Below are positions 1 to 8,822 of a stretch of 64,000 bases of DNA, one piece after another. The DNA is from an uncultured Gemmatimonadaceae bacterium (GTDB taxonomy: Bacteria; Gemmatimonadota; Gemmatimonadetes; Gemmatimonadales; Gemmatimonadaceae). A program made the position numbers and the translations under genes. The stretch covers positions 1-64,000 of the forward strand of contig CAWBOC010000010.1 in assembly GCA_963790305.1 (NCBI GenBank), given 5' to 3'. The notes beneath the pieces are model-generated. The model did no database searches and was not told the DNA's origin. It saw only the letters and a program-made list of their open reading frames with translations. The first letter of the stretch is position 1. Every line of letters begins with the position of its first letter.

Positions 1-27
1 CTTCCCCGGGTTTTGTAGACACTGGGG

Positions 28-897
28 TTAACTAGCGCGTTGTAACTCATCTCAGCCTCGACGGGCGTACGATACCCTAACGCGGAATGCCGTCGCTTCC
101 GATTGTACCAGATCTCAATGAACGCGAAGAGCTCACGACTCGCCTGCTCGCGACTGGAGAAGACGCCATCGACGAGCAGTTCCTTCGTCAGTGTCGCAAA
201 GAAACTCTCGGCGACCGCGTTGTCCCAGCAATTACCCACCCGACTCATGCTCGGCGTAAAGCCGGCCGCGCGGAGGAGCGTTTGGTAGGCGCCACTCGCG
301 TATTGCACGCCGCGATCGGAATGATGCAGGCCCCCGCGGGCGCCGCGATGCGTGAGGGCCATGCGGAGCGCGGCGAGCGCGAGCTCCTGGTCCACGCGCG
401 TGCGGAGCGCCCAGCCTACCACGCGGCGCGTCGCCAGATCGAGAATGACGGCGAGATAGAGCCAACCCTCGCGCGTGGCGATGTAGGTGAGGTCCGCCAC
501 CCACACGCGGTCCGGCGCGCCCGCGGCCTCGACCCCGAACTGCCGCGCGAGCACGTTGGGCGCCACCCGCTCGGCGTGATCCGATTGCGTGGTGACGCGA
601 AAGCGCCGCGCACTCTTGGCGCGAATCCCCGCCGCCCGCATCAGCCGCGCGACGCAATGCTTCCCGCACCGAATGCCCAGCGCCCGCAGCTCCTGATGCA
701 CGCGCGGACTCCCGTACGCCCGTGCACCTCCGCATGCACCTGCCGAATCTGTCCCGGAGGCGACGGTCCTCCTGGACCCGCTCCGCGAGCGGACGCGCAC
801 GCCAGGCGTAGTAGCCGGCCCTCGACACCTCCAGCACCCGACACATCGTGGTGATGTGGAAGATGCGGGCGTGCGCGCGGATGAACACGAACCTCAT
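28..897 (-). pseudogene. IS3 transposase OrfB (rve/DDE), frameshifted in this sequence
   Basis: MCRVLEVSRAGYYAW, WVADLTYI, HHSDRGVQYAS, NCWDNAVAESFF and YNRKRRHSALGY motifs, spread over more than one frame. Confidence 0.85.
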
Positions 898-1196
898 CGT
901 GCATCCCTGGCGAAGAAGGCCGTCGCTTTTTTTAGGATGTCGCGCTCCTCGGCGAGCCGGGCGTTCTCCTGCCGCAGCCGGCGATTCTCCTCCTCGAGCG
1001 AGAGCACCCGCGTCGGCGGCACAATCGGCCCGTCGCGATCGGCTTCGGCCCGCCGTCGCCAAATCCGCAAGGATCTCCGGGTTCACCCCGAGGTCGCGCG
1101 CAATATCCGCCAGCTGGTCGGGAGGGCCTCCACGAGTCGCACCGCCTCACGCCGAAACTCGTCCGTGTACGCTGTTCGTCCCCGTTTCTTTTTCAT
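894..1196 (-). pseudogene. IS3 transposase OrfA (HTH + leucine zipper), frameshifted in this sequence
   Basis: GGAGGTG RBS, then MKKKRGRTAYTDEFRREAVRLV...IARDLGV...EENARLRQENARLAEERDILKKATAFFARD, readable only across about two frameshifts (~1120, ~1070). Confidence 0.8.
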
Positions 1197-1273
1197 TTCA
1201 CACCTCCTGCCTCGAATCTCTCTCGAGGCGGTTGAGGTGTCCACTTAAACCGGGGGAAGTCCCCCTCCCCCCA

Positions 1274-1362
1274 ACCTTCGGGTTGCGCGAGGACAGTTTT
1301 TGGCGCCAGGAATAATCCGCCTGATCCGCTGAATCCGCGTCCCAACTTCGAACCTGGATGCC
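1274..1362. repeat. Right half of a ~210-bp MITE-like palindromic element (full copy at 59332-59540)
   Basis: Aligns by eye to 59439-59536 (GCGCGAGG..TTGGCG.CAGGAA..ATCCGCCTGATCCGC..ATCCGCGTCCCAACTT.GAACCTGGATGCC). Confidence 0.85.
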
Positions 1363-1375
1363 GGCCTCAGGATGT

Positions 1376-2504
1376 TCAGCTTTCCCAGGGTAGACTACGG
1401 ACGCCCAAAGTGACCGTAGTTCGTCGTCTCACGATAAATCGGCCGCCGCAGGTCGAGGCGCTCGATGATCGCGTTCGGCCTGAAATCGAATTTGTCGGCG
1501 ACGTACCGCTCGGCCCGCAGTGGATTGCCCGTTCCAAACGTCTCCACGCTGACGGACACCGGCCGCGGACGGCCGATCGCATAGGCCACCTGCACCTCGC
1601 ACCGGTGCGCGAGGCCCTCGCGCACCACCTGTCGGGCGACGTAGCGACCGAAGTACGCGCCGCTCCGATCCACCTTCGACGGATCCTTCCCGCTGAACGC
1701 GCCGCCGCCGTGGCGCGCCGCGCCGCCGTACGTGTCGACGATGATCTTGCGACCGGTGACGCCGCAGTCGGTCGACGGGCCACCCTCTACGAAGCTCCCA
1801 GTGGGGTTGACCAGGATCGCGAGGTTCTCGTGATGCCACTCGCCGAGCACGTCGGGAATGAGCGAGTCGGTGAGGTACTCGCGAATCGCCACCTGCGTCA
1901 CGTCGGGCGCGTGCTGGGCAGACACGAGCACGGTGCGCACCTCGGCGGGGAAGCCTGACGAGTCGTACGCGACCGAGACCTGCGTCTTCGCATCGGGTCG
2001 CAACCAGGGTGCCTTGCCCGACCTCCGGTCTGCCGCCAGTCGGGCCGCCAGCGCGTGCGCAAGCAGAATCGGGAGCGGCATCAGCGCGTCGGTCTCATCG
2101 GTCGCATAGCCGAACATGAGCCCCTGATCGCCGGCGCCGCCGACGTCGACGCCTTGCTTGATCTCCTGCGCCTGGTGCGAGATGAGCTGCGTCACGCGCA
2201 CGCCATCGGCGTGGAACGCCTCAGCGGGGTCGACGTAGCCGATCGAACGGATGGCCGCGCGAGCGAGCTTCTCGTGATCGACGCGCGCGCTCGAGGTGAT
2301 CTCCCCCGCCAGGACGACGTTGCCCGCCTTGCAGAGGACTTCGCACGCGACGCGCGCGGTGGGGTCCTGCTCGAGGTGCGCATCGAGCACGCTGTCGGCG
2401 ATGAAGTCGCACACCTTGTCGGGGTGACCTTCGGAGACCGACTCCGACGTGAAGACATGGAGGGCGGTGCGGGTAGCGGGGCGAGGTCGTGTCGCGATTG
2501 CCAT
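1376..2504 (-). CDS. metK: S-adenosylmethionine synthetase
   Basis: FTSESVSEGHPDK, GAGDQG, GVTGRKI, GGGAFSGKDPSKVDRS and YGHFGR motifs. The ORF stops at 1395, but the usual LPWE tail follows 1 nt out of frame and ends at 1376 (probable 1-nt insertion). Confidence 0.97.
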
Positions 2505-2539
2505 GGATCGTGTCCTTCAGTTGAGGTCCCCCGCCTCAC

Positions 2540-2580
2540 GAGAAAACGGCCTGCGACTCCGAGGAGTCGCAGGCCGTTTC
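2540..2580 (-). terminator. Intrinsic terminator in metK leader (riboswitch expression platform)
   Basis: Minus strand GAAACGGCCTGCGACTCC-TC-GGAGTCGCAGGCCGTTTTCT: long GC-rich stem ending in a U-run, about 35 nt upstream of the metK ATG. Confidence 0.8.
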
Positions 2581-2584
2581 GCCG

Positions 2585-2651
2585 CGACTTAGACGGTTCG
2601 TGCGGGATTGCTCCCGTGCGCGGCCCGTCAAATCGGGGAAATCGCCGCGCA
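2585..2651 (-). ncRNA. SAM-II/SAM-V-like riboswitch aptamer (H-type pseudoknot)
   Basis: P1 TGCGCGG/CCGCGCA; L1 contains GATTT; P2 CGATTTGACGG pairs with CCGTC-T-AAGTCG with one bulged U; CGGGA-GCAA-TCCCG hairpin in L3; lies directly upstream of metK. Confidence 0.72.
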
Positions 2652-2656
2652 TCGGC

Positions 2657-2685
2657 AACATCACTACTCCGGGGCGCCACGTCAA
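2657..2685 (-). promoter_or_regulatory. Putative sigma70 promoter for the riboswitch-metK transcript
   Basis: TTGACG (2685-2680), 17-nt spacer, GATGTT (2662-2657); predicted +1 coincides with the 5' end of the aptamer. Confidence 0.45.
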
Positions 2686-2720
2686 CCCTGGAACGCCCGC
2701 TATTTGCATTATGACCCGAC

Positions 2721-3455
2721 GTGGCGATCAAGCTCGGGATGTGCGGCTTCACCATCGGAGCCGCCGCATACGTCAGGCAGTTCGAGGTCGTGGAGGCGCA
2801 GCAGACCTTCTACGACCCGCCGCCGCCGGCAACCCTCCAGCGGTGGCGGGCGAGGGCGCCCGACCCGTTCGAATTCACGATGAAGGCGTGGCAGGTGATC
2901 ACCCACTTCGGCACCAGCCGCACCTATCGGCGACTGCGGCGGCCGTTCGACGAGCGCGCGAGGGCCGAGGCCGGCGGCTTTCGCGTGAACGAGACGGTCC
3001 TCGGCGCCTGGCGGACGACGCTGGAGGCCGCACGCATTCTTCGGGCGACGGCGATCCTGTTCCAGTGTCCGGCAAGCTTTCGTCAAACGCCAGAGAACAT
3101 TGACGCGATGCGGCGGTTCTTTGCCACGATCGGACGCGAGGAGGGCGTGCGATACCTCTGGGAGCCGCGCGGTCCCTGGGCGGACGACGTCGTGCTCAGC
3201 CTGTGCAGAGATCTGGATCTCGTGCACGCCGTGGACCCGTTCATACGCCCCTCACTGACTCCGGAGCTCACCTACTGGCGTCTGCACGGGAACAAGAGCC
3301 ATTACGCATCGTACACCGATGATGAGCTCGAGCAGATTCGCCGATGGATTCCTGATCGCGGGGAATGCTACATCATGTTCAACAACATTCCGCGCGTCGG
3401 GGACGTGAGGCGCTTTCGGGCCCTGCTGGCGTCGCCCGTACTGTCGAGGGAGTAG
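2721..3455 (+). CDS. DUF72 domain protein
   Basis: LGMCGF, VEAQQTFY, FEFTMKAWQVITH, LFQCPASF, YWRLHG and MFNN motifs. Confidence 0.9.
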   Translation: MAIKLGMCGFTIGAAAYVRQFEVVEAQQTFYDPPPPATLQRWRARAPDPFEFTMKAWQVITHFGTSRTYRRLRRPFDERARAEAGGFRVNETVLGAWRTTLEAARILRATAILFQCPASFRQTPENIDAMRRFFATIGREEGVRYLWEPRGPWADDVVLSLCRDLDLVHAVDPFIRPSLTPELTYWRLHGNKSHYASYTDDELEQIRRWIPDRGECYIMFNNIPRVGDVRRFRALLASPVLSRE

Positions 3456-3521
3456 GCAGCCCCGCGCTCGCGCGATAGTTTCGAGAAGAGCCCGGGTCCA
3501 TTTCCCGCCAAATCACTGCAT

Positions 3522-3788
3522 ATGTGCCGGAACATCAAGACACTCGCCAACTTCGAGCCGCCCGCCACCGAGGATGAGGTCCGCGCGTCGGCGCTCCAGT
3601 TCGTTCGGAAGCTGAGCGGCAGCACGCGGCCATCGAAGGCGAACGAAGCCGCGTTCAATCTCGCCGTCGAAGAGGTGACCGACGCAGCGAATCGCCTCAT
3701 CGCCTCCCTGAAGACGAACGCTCCTCCGCGCAATCGCGACATCGAGGCACAGAAGGCGCGCGAGCGCTCGTTGAAGCGTTTTGCCTAG
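3522..3788 (+). CDS. DUF2277 family protein
   Basis: MCRNIKTL.NFEPPAT...ALQFVRKLSG signature. Confidence 0.9.
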   Translation: MCRNIKTLANFEPPATEDEVRASALQFVRKLSGSTRPSKANEAAFNLAVEEVTDAANRLIASLKTNAPPRNRDIEAQKARERSLKRFA

Positions 3789-3881
3789 AGCGGAAACACG
3801 CCAATGACGTAGCGGCGGCGGGTAGCCAGCAGCGTGTGGGGTGCAACACTCTTGCATCCCCGCTGCCGCCGAGGCGAGACT

Positions 3882-4439
3882 ATGGGCATGGCTGCCCCGT
3901 TGTACCACACCGCTGAGATGGTGCGCGAGCTCATCGACGAGACGCGCCACTGGCCGCGGTACGAGACCGTGCACGGCGAGCTGCTGGTGACGCCCGCGCC
4001 GCGCCTGTGGCACCAGGAGGTTGTCGCTCGCCTTCTCGTCGCGCTCCGGTCCTACGTGGAGCGCGAACGTGTCGGGCACGCGTTCGCCTCCCCCTCCGAC
4101 ATTTCGTGGGGGCCGGACACGCTCGTCCAGCCGGATGTCTTTGTCGTGCCCACCGAGGAAGCGCGCACGCTGAACTGGTCAAAGGTGACGACGCTGCACC
4201 TGGCCATTGAGGTCCTGAGCCCGAGCAGCGTCCGGGCCGACCGGTTCACGAAGCGCCACCTGTACCAGGACGTCGGCGTTCCGCTCTACTGGGTCATCGA
4301 CGCCGAGAATCGCGGCGCCGAGGTCTGGACGCAGGTCGACCTCTTCCCGCGCACGGAGAACGAGTGCCTCGTCTGGAGGCCTAACGGCGCTACCGAGCCG
4401 TTCGAGATGCCACTCGAGGAGCTCTTCCGACCGATCTAG
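3882..4439 (+). CDS. Uma2 family (PD-(D/E)xK-like) putative endonuclease
   Basis: RYE...GEL..TPAP...HQ, VQPDVFV, LAIEVLSPSS...DR..K..LY...GVPLYWVID; start chosen at ATG 3882. Confidence 0.9.
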   Translation: MGMAAPLYHTAEMVRELIDETRHWPRYETVHGELLVTPAPRLWHQEVVARLLVALRSYVERERVGHAFASPSDISWGPDTLVQPDVFVVPTEEARTLNWSKVTTLHLAIEVLSPSSVRADRFTKRHLYQDVGVPLYWVIDAENRGAEVWTQVDLFPRTENECLVWRPNGATEPFEMPLEELFRPI

Positions 4440-4442
4440 CGG

Positions 4443-5177
4443 CTAGGTCCCGGCGTACCACTCGTAGCCCTGATCACTCCAATAGCCGCCGTTGCGCTCC
4501 GGCATGAAGACCACGCGCGTCAGGAACTTCGTGCTCTTGTAGCCGAGCTTGATTGGTGAATGCAGCCGAGCCGGCGCGCCGTGGGCCGGCTCGAGCAGGC
4601 GGCCGTCCATCGCGTACGCGATCAGCGTCTGACGATGGAGCGCGCTGTCGATGTCCCAGCTTTCGTGATAGCCGTCGTCGAACGATTGAAAGTCGACGTA
4701 CTTCGCGTCTGCCGTCACGCCCGCCAGGCGCGCCAGCTCCGATACCCGCACGCCCCCCCACTCGGCGACCGCCGTCCATCCTTCCACGCAGTAGTGGTTC
4801 ACCCGGTGGCGAGTGTGCTTGAGCTTGAGCAAGTCGTCGAGGGAGAGCGCGAGTGGGCGCCTGACGAGTCCACTGACCTGGAGCGCCCACGGGCCCCGCA
4901 CCGATGCGTCCCACACCGGGAGCGTTTTCGACACGTAATACACCGGGAACGCTTCCCCGGCGAGCTTCGCGCCGCTCGAGGCGCGGTCCATCGACGTGTG
5001 TCGAAAGAGCGCGCGCTCGACGCCTTCATTCCTGCCTTCCGCCCACCGCAACACCTTCTGTGCGTCGCCTGGGCCGCGTCCATCGCAGCCGAGCAATGCC
5101 GTGGTCACGGTGGCGCCGGTCAGCTGGATGAATGCCCGGCGATCCAGGAAGCGTGATGCCTCACGATCGTCTTTCAT
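4443..5177 (-). CDS. Molybdopterin-dependent oxidoreductase (sulfite oxidase/MsrP-like), probable Tat substrate
   Basis: DRRAFIQ twin-arginine motif; HYCVEGW Mo-ligand Cys; HGAPARL...LGYKSTK. Confidence 0.88.
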   Translation of the reverse strand: MKDDREASRFLDRRAFIQLTGATVTTALLGCDGRGPGDAQKVLRWAEGRNEGVERALFRHTSMDRASSGAKLAGEAFPVYYVSKTLPVWDASVRGPWALQVSGLVRRPLALSLDDLLKLKHTRHRVNHYCVEGWTAVAEWGGVRVSELARLAGVTADAKYVDFQSFDDGYHESWDIDSALHRQTLIAYAMDGRLLEPAHGAPARLHSPIKLGYKSTKFLTRVVFMPERNGGYWSDQGYEWYAGT

Positions 5178-5932
5178 GGTTGCTCCGGTTGCTCATCCAA
5201 GTCGGCAGCCGAGCTTCGGCGCGGCAAGAGGTGAACGAATGGCCTCGCGTTGCGCGTTTCGGGAGACCACGAGTCCTTATAGCGTCCCGTCACCATGGCG
5301 CGGATCGAGTACGGGTCGACGGCGAGCACCATGAACACGTGCACGACGGACAAGAGAACGAGCACCCAGGTGGCGACGAAGTGCCAGTATCTCGCCCACA
5401 CGTAGCCTCCGAACACCGTTGTGATCAGGCCGAGCTGCACCGGCTTCCAGATCGCCAGTCCGGTGAGCACGAGCACGAGGCCGACGATCGGCATCGCGAA
5501 GTAGGTGCCGCGCTGCAGCGCGTTGTGCTTCCCCTGTCTCGGATGAGTCTTGCGGAGGAACAGATAGAACTTGACCATCTCCCAGGAGTCGCGGCCATGT
5601 CCGCGCCTGGGCACGAGGTCCCGCCACTCGCCGTGCAGATAGATGAACGCGACGTAGATGAGACCGTTCACCACCAGCAGCCACATCGCCGCGAAATGCC
5701 AGTTACGCCCGCCGGCGAGCCAGCCGCCAAATGTCATCCAGGCGGGGACCGGATCGCCTTCGAAGGGATAACAGCAAAAGGTCTCGCCCTTTCGAGCGAA
5801 TCCGGGGTAGGCGTTGAAGATGCGGAGCCCGCTGCCGACCATGAGCACGACGGCGAGCACGTTCACCCAATGGGTGACGCGCACGACCCAGTGATGACGT
5901 GGTCGACTGCCGAGGCCGTGTGAAGGATCCAT
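5174..5932 (-). CDS. Cytochrome b/b6-domain membrane protein (partner of the Mo oxidoreductase)
   Basis: VRVTHWVN, RNWHF, HNALQR, RYWHF and VHVFM heme-His motifs; 4-bp overlap with the downstream gene. Confidence 0.88.
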   Translation of the reverse strand: MDPSHGLGSRPRHHWVVRVTHWVNVLAVVLMVGSGLRIFNAYPGFARKGETFCCYPFEGDPVPAWMTFGGWLAGGRNWHFAAMWLLVVNGLIYVAFIYLHGEWRDLVPRRGHGRDSWEMVKFYLFLRKTHPRQGKHNALQRGTYFAMPIVGLVLVLTGLAIWKPVQLGLITTVFGGYVWARYWHFVATWVLVLLSVVHVFMVLAVDPYSIRAMVTGRYKDSWSPETRNARPFVHLLPRRSSAADLDEQPEQP

Positions 5933-6022
5933 AGGGGTGGATGCCCGAATATGAGCGCCCCGTCACCCGATGCCAGAGGGAAAGCCAGTCAACCGGTTGC
6001 CCTCACCCGCTGTCAAAGCGGT

Positions 6023-7334
6023 ATGCCTACGATACCCGCGAAACTCCGCCTCGTCATCGTCGCCTGTCTGCTCGCGTGCGACGTCGCCGTCGCGCAGCAT
6101 CTCGGACGTGCCCGCCGTGGCGCCGATCGATCGCGTCATTGCCATTCGCGCGTCGGGCCTTCCAGCGGCCGGCGTGGTCCGCGTCGAAACCGCGGTCATC
6201 GACAATGGCGGCCGGCGCTGGACGGCTCACGCGACCTACCGCGCCGATGCACGCGGCACGATCGACCTCGAGCGGGATGTCCCGCTCTCCACGAGCTTCG
6301 GAGACCTCGGTCCCGGTGGCCTCTTCAGCGGCATGCGGGGCGACGGCGACGACGACGATCGCCTCCGATTTCTGACTCGTGAGGCGGCGAGCGTCATTAC
6401 CAGCGTGATCCTGACGGATTCGAGCGGGGCACGGCTCGACTCGGTGTCGATCGAGCGGCCATTTCTGGGACCGGGTGTGCGCGAGTTGGTTGTAAGCGAC
6501 GGAGGGCTGCGCGGGCATCTCTATCTCCCGCCAGCCGCGCCCGCGCCGGCCGTGCTCGTCCTTGGTGGATCGGAGGGTGGATACGCGGACCAGGTTGCGG
6601 CGCTGCTGGCGACCAATGGGTTTGGCGCGCTCAGCCTCGCGTACTTCGGAGTCGACGGCCTTCCGACGCAACTGGGCGAGATTCCGCTCGAGTACTTCGA
6701 GCGCGCTCTCGCCTGGCTCGATTCGCACGCCGAGGTGGCGCGCGGAGGCGTTGCCATTCTCGGAACATCGAAGGGCGCGGAGGCGGCGCTCCTCGTCGCG
6801 AGTCGCTCGCCGCTGGTGAGGGCGGTCGTGGCCTACGCGCCAAGCTCGGTGGCGTGGGACTGCATTTGTTCCGGTGCGTCGCGCTCGTCGTGGACCGCCG
6901 GCGGGAAGGGGATCGTTTCCGTCCCGCAAATGCCCCCAGTCGCGGTCCCCGCCGGCCAGCCCGTTAGGCCGGGCGTCAACTACCTCAATCGGCTTCAGCG
7001 CGCGCCGGAGGGCGCGACGATCGCCGTCGAGCGGATTCGAGGACCATTGCTGTTGGTCGCGGGCGAGGAGGATCAACTCTGGCCCTCGCTGCTCATGGCG
7101 CAGCGAATCATGCAGCGGCGCGGGGAGCGCGGCGGTCACGCGCGCGATCGATTGCTGGCCTACGCCGGCGCTGGCCACCTCATTGGCAAGGCATTTCTCC
7201 CGTCGGGATCCACCCGCATCGCGGGCGGCAGAATCGAGACCGGTGGGACGCCGACCGCGAACGCGCGCGCGCAGGCGGACGCGTGGCCGAAAGTGATTGC
7301 GTTTTTGAAAGAACAGCTCGGTGGGCGGCAATGA
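6023..7334 (+). CDS. Acyl-CoA thioesterase/BAAT-family alpha/beta hydrolase, probably secreted; likely frameshift near 6100
   Basis: LGGSEGG, GTSKGAE nucleophile, GEEDQLWPS, AGHLI. A signal-peptide-like MPTIPAKLRLVIVACLLAC starts at 6023 in another frame than the 5970-7334 ORF. Confidence 0.82.
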
Positions 7335-7369
7335 GGAATGGTGCTCACTCCTCATTCCTCATTCTCATT
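7331..7369. repeat. Short palindrome of 7-nt units (AATGAGG/CCTCATT) between convergent stops
   Basis: AATGAGGAATG...CCTCATTCCTCATTCTCATT; contains the stop codons of both neighbours. Confidence 0.55.
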
Positions 7370-7919
7370 GAGCGATCGCGTACCCGGACAGATGATCCGT
7401 CGTGAACGATATCTTCCGCTGCCCCGGGTCGTTCACGCCGTGCATGTTCTCGAGCAGGATCTTCGTCTGCGTGTCGATGCGCCAGACGGTGAGCGTTTTG
7501 CCTGCGGTGACGCTCGTGGGGCAGCGCGAATAGTCGATCGTGATCGTGACCGCCCTCTGGAAGATGAAGCTCAACAGATTGTCAGCCGTGACGTCGATCT
7601 CCATGTAGATCGACGCAGGCACCGTCACGCGAATGAGCGTCCCGCTCAGTAGCGAGCCGGCGGGAAGCGAGATCGAGCTGCCCGCCGCGGTGACGATACC
7701 TCCCAGCAGTCCAAGCAGGGCAGAGCTGGTCGATGCCTGCATCGTTGGGCACTCGATCAGCCGCCGCTGTCCGATCCCGCTGGTGTCGGGCGGCTGCGCC
7801 GTATCGGGCGTCTGAGTCGTGTCTGGACGGAGGGCGCCCTCCTCGGGGCGGGTGGCTTCAGAGCACCCCATGAGGGCGAAGCCGAAGACCGTCATCGCGA
7901 GCACAAGCCGCTTGTCCAT
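7365..7919 (-). CDS. Hypothetical lipoprotein
   Basis: MDKRLVLAMTVFGFALMGC lipobox; C-terminal FTTDHLSGYAIA; the longer ORF call to 8789 overlaps real plus-strand genes. Confidence 0.7.
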   Translation of the reverse strand: MDKRLVLAMTVFGFALMGCSEATRPEEGALRPDTTQTPDTAQPPDTSGIGQRRLIECPTMQASTSSALLGLLGGIVTAAGSSISLPAGSLLSGTLIRVTVPASIYMEIDVTADNLLSFIFQRAVTITIDYSRCPTSVTAGKTLTVWRIDTQTKILLENMHGVNDPGQRKISFTTDHLSGYAIAQ

Positions 7920-7983
7920 GCCGCCGACCAGTGCAAAATTCGGGCGGCGAAACTCGCGTCCGGGCAACCCCGTCAGGGTACTC

Positions 7984-8469
7984 ATGAATTCGACACGGCC
8001 TCCCTCCCCGCCTGTGCCCGCCTCCGAGCGGGGGCCATCGCCGGTGGTGATCGCCGAGGAGCTCGTGCCCGAGCGACGGGGCGCCGTCGCATTCATGTCG
8101 AGCACCAACCGCGACGGCGACTGGATTCTCCCGCGGACGTTCCGTGCCGTCTCGTTCATGGGGAACGTCGAGCTCGACCTCACCAACGTCCGCCTTGGCG
8201 CCGGCGAATCGCACATCGAGGTCCGATGTCTGTTCGGGAACGTGGAGATCACCGTTCCCCCTGGCATCCGCATCGAGGTCGAAGGCCAACCCTTCATTGG
8301 GATCTTCGAGGTCACGCGGTCCGCGCCGAGCACGACGGCGCCCGAGGCGCCGCTGGTGCGCATCACCGGGTCATCGCACTTCGGCGCGGTGACGGTGAAC
8401 GTCGTCGACCCGGATGCGCCCGGCTGGATCGAGCGCATCCGAACGAAGCTGTCGTCGAGGAAGAGGTAA
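7984..8469 (+). CDS. LiaF-related/DUF1707-associated C-terminal beta-repeat protein
   Basis: FMGNVELDL, CLFGNVEITVPPG and HFGAVTV repeats. Confidence 0.75.
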   Translation: MNSTRPPSPPVPASERGPSPVVIAEELVPERRGAVAFMSSTNRDGDWILPRTFRAVSFMGNVELDLTNVRLGAGESHIEVRCLFGNVEITVPPGIRIEVEGQPFIGIFEVTRSAPSTTAPEAPLVRITGSSHFGAVTVNVVDPDAPGWIERIRTKLSSRKR

Positions 8470-8474
8470 GCGAC

Positions 8475-8738
8475 GTGCTCTACATGGTCATCGAGCGATT
8501 CCGCAATGGCGATGCGGTACCCGTCTATCGCCGCTTTCGCGACCAGGGCCGCCTCGCGCCGGAGGGCCTTCGCTACGTGGGGAGCTGGATCACGCTCGAC
8601 ACGACGCTCTGCTACCAGGTCATGGAAGCCGATGATCCCGCGTTGATCTCGCAGTGGACCGCCCGGTGGAGCGACCTGATCGACTTCGAGGTCATTCCGG
8701 TGAGGACGTCGGCGGAGACGGCGGAGAAGCTGAGGTAG
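8475..8738 (+). CDS. DUF3303-like small protein
   Basis: LYMVIERF...GR..PEGL.Y..SW...C.Q.ME...W...WSDL.DFEV.PV. Confidence 0.8.
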   Translation: MLYMVIERFRNGDAVPVYRRFRDQGRLAPEGLRYVGSWITLDTTLCYQVMEADDPALISQWTARWSDLIDFEVIPVRTSAETAEKLR

Positions 8739-8819
8739 TCGAGGTCGCCGAGGTCGTCGAGGTGGTCCAGGTGAAGTCACCTCGATCACCTCGATCTCCT
8801 GGACGACCTCGACTACCTG
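8732..8819. repeat. Palindromic 9-nt tandem-repeat element, family A (GAGGTNNTC)n-GTGAAGTCAC-(GANNACCTC)n
   Basis: About four units per arm, core GTGAAGTCAC at 8771-8780; between convergent genes. Confidence 0.9.
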
Positions 8820-8822
8820 GTT

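Larger units (their letters stand above)
1..1263 (-). mobile_element. IS3-family insertion sequence (one end clipped by window start)
   Basis: Imperfect terminal IRs: CTTCCCCGGGTTTTGTAGACAC (1-22) vs reverse complement of 1237-1260 (ACTTCCCCCGGTTTAAGTGGACAC); orfA/orfB layout; A7G slippery motif at 926-933 on minus strand; DDE integrase motifs. Confidence 0.93.

Noticed and set aside
87..854. 255-aa plus-strand ORF
   Set aside because: Antisense shadow of IS3 orfB.
1395..1397. Stop-codon readthrough or recoding at the metK TAG
   Set aside because: The conserved LPWE tail is 1 nt out of frame rather than in frame, so an indel explains it better.
3882..4439. Uma2 endonuclease as part of a defence or restriction-modification system
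   Set aside because: Stand-alone, with no methylase or other defence genes nearby; Uma2 paralogues are commonly scattered.
7920..8789. N-terminal extension of the 474-aa minus-strand ORF
   Set aside because: Starts in a repeat and overlaps two recognisable plus-strand genes; only 7365-7919 looks real.
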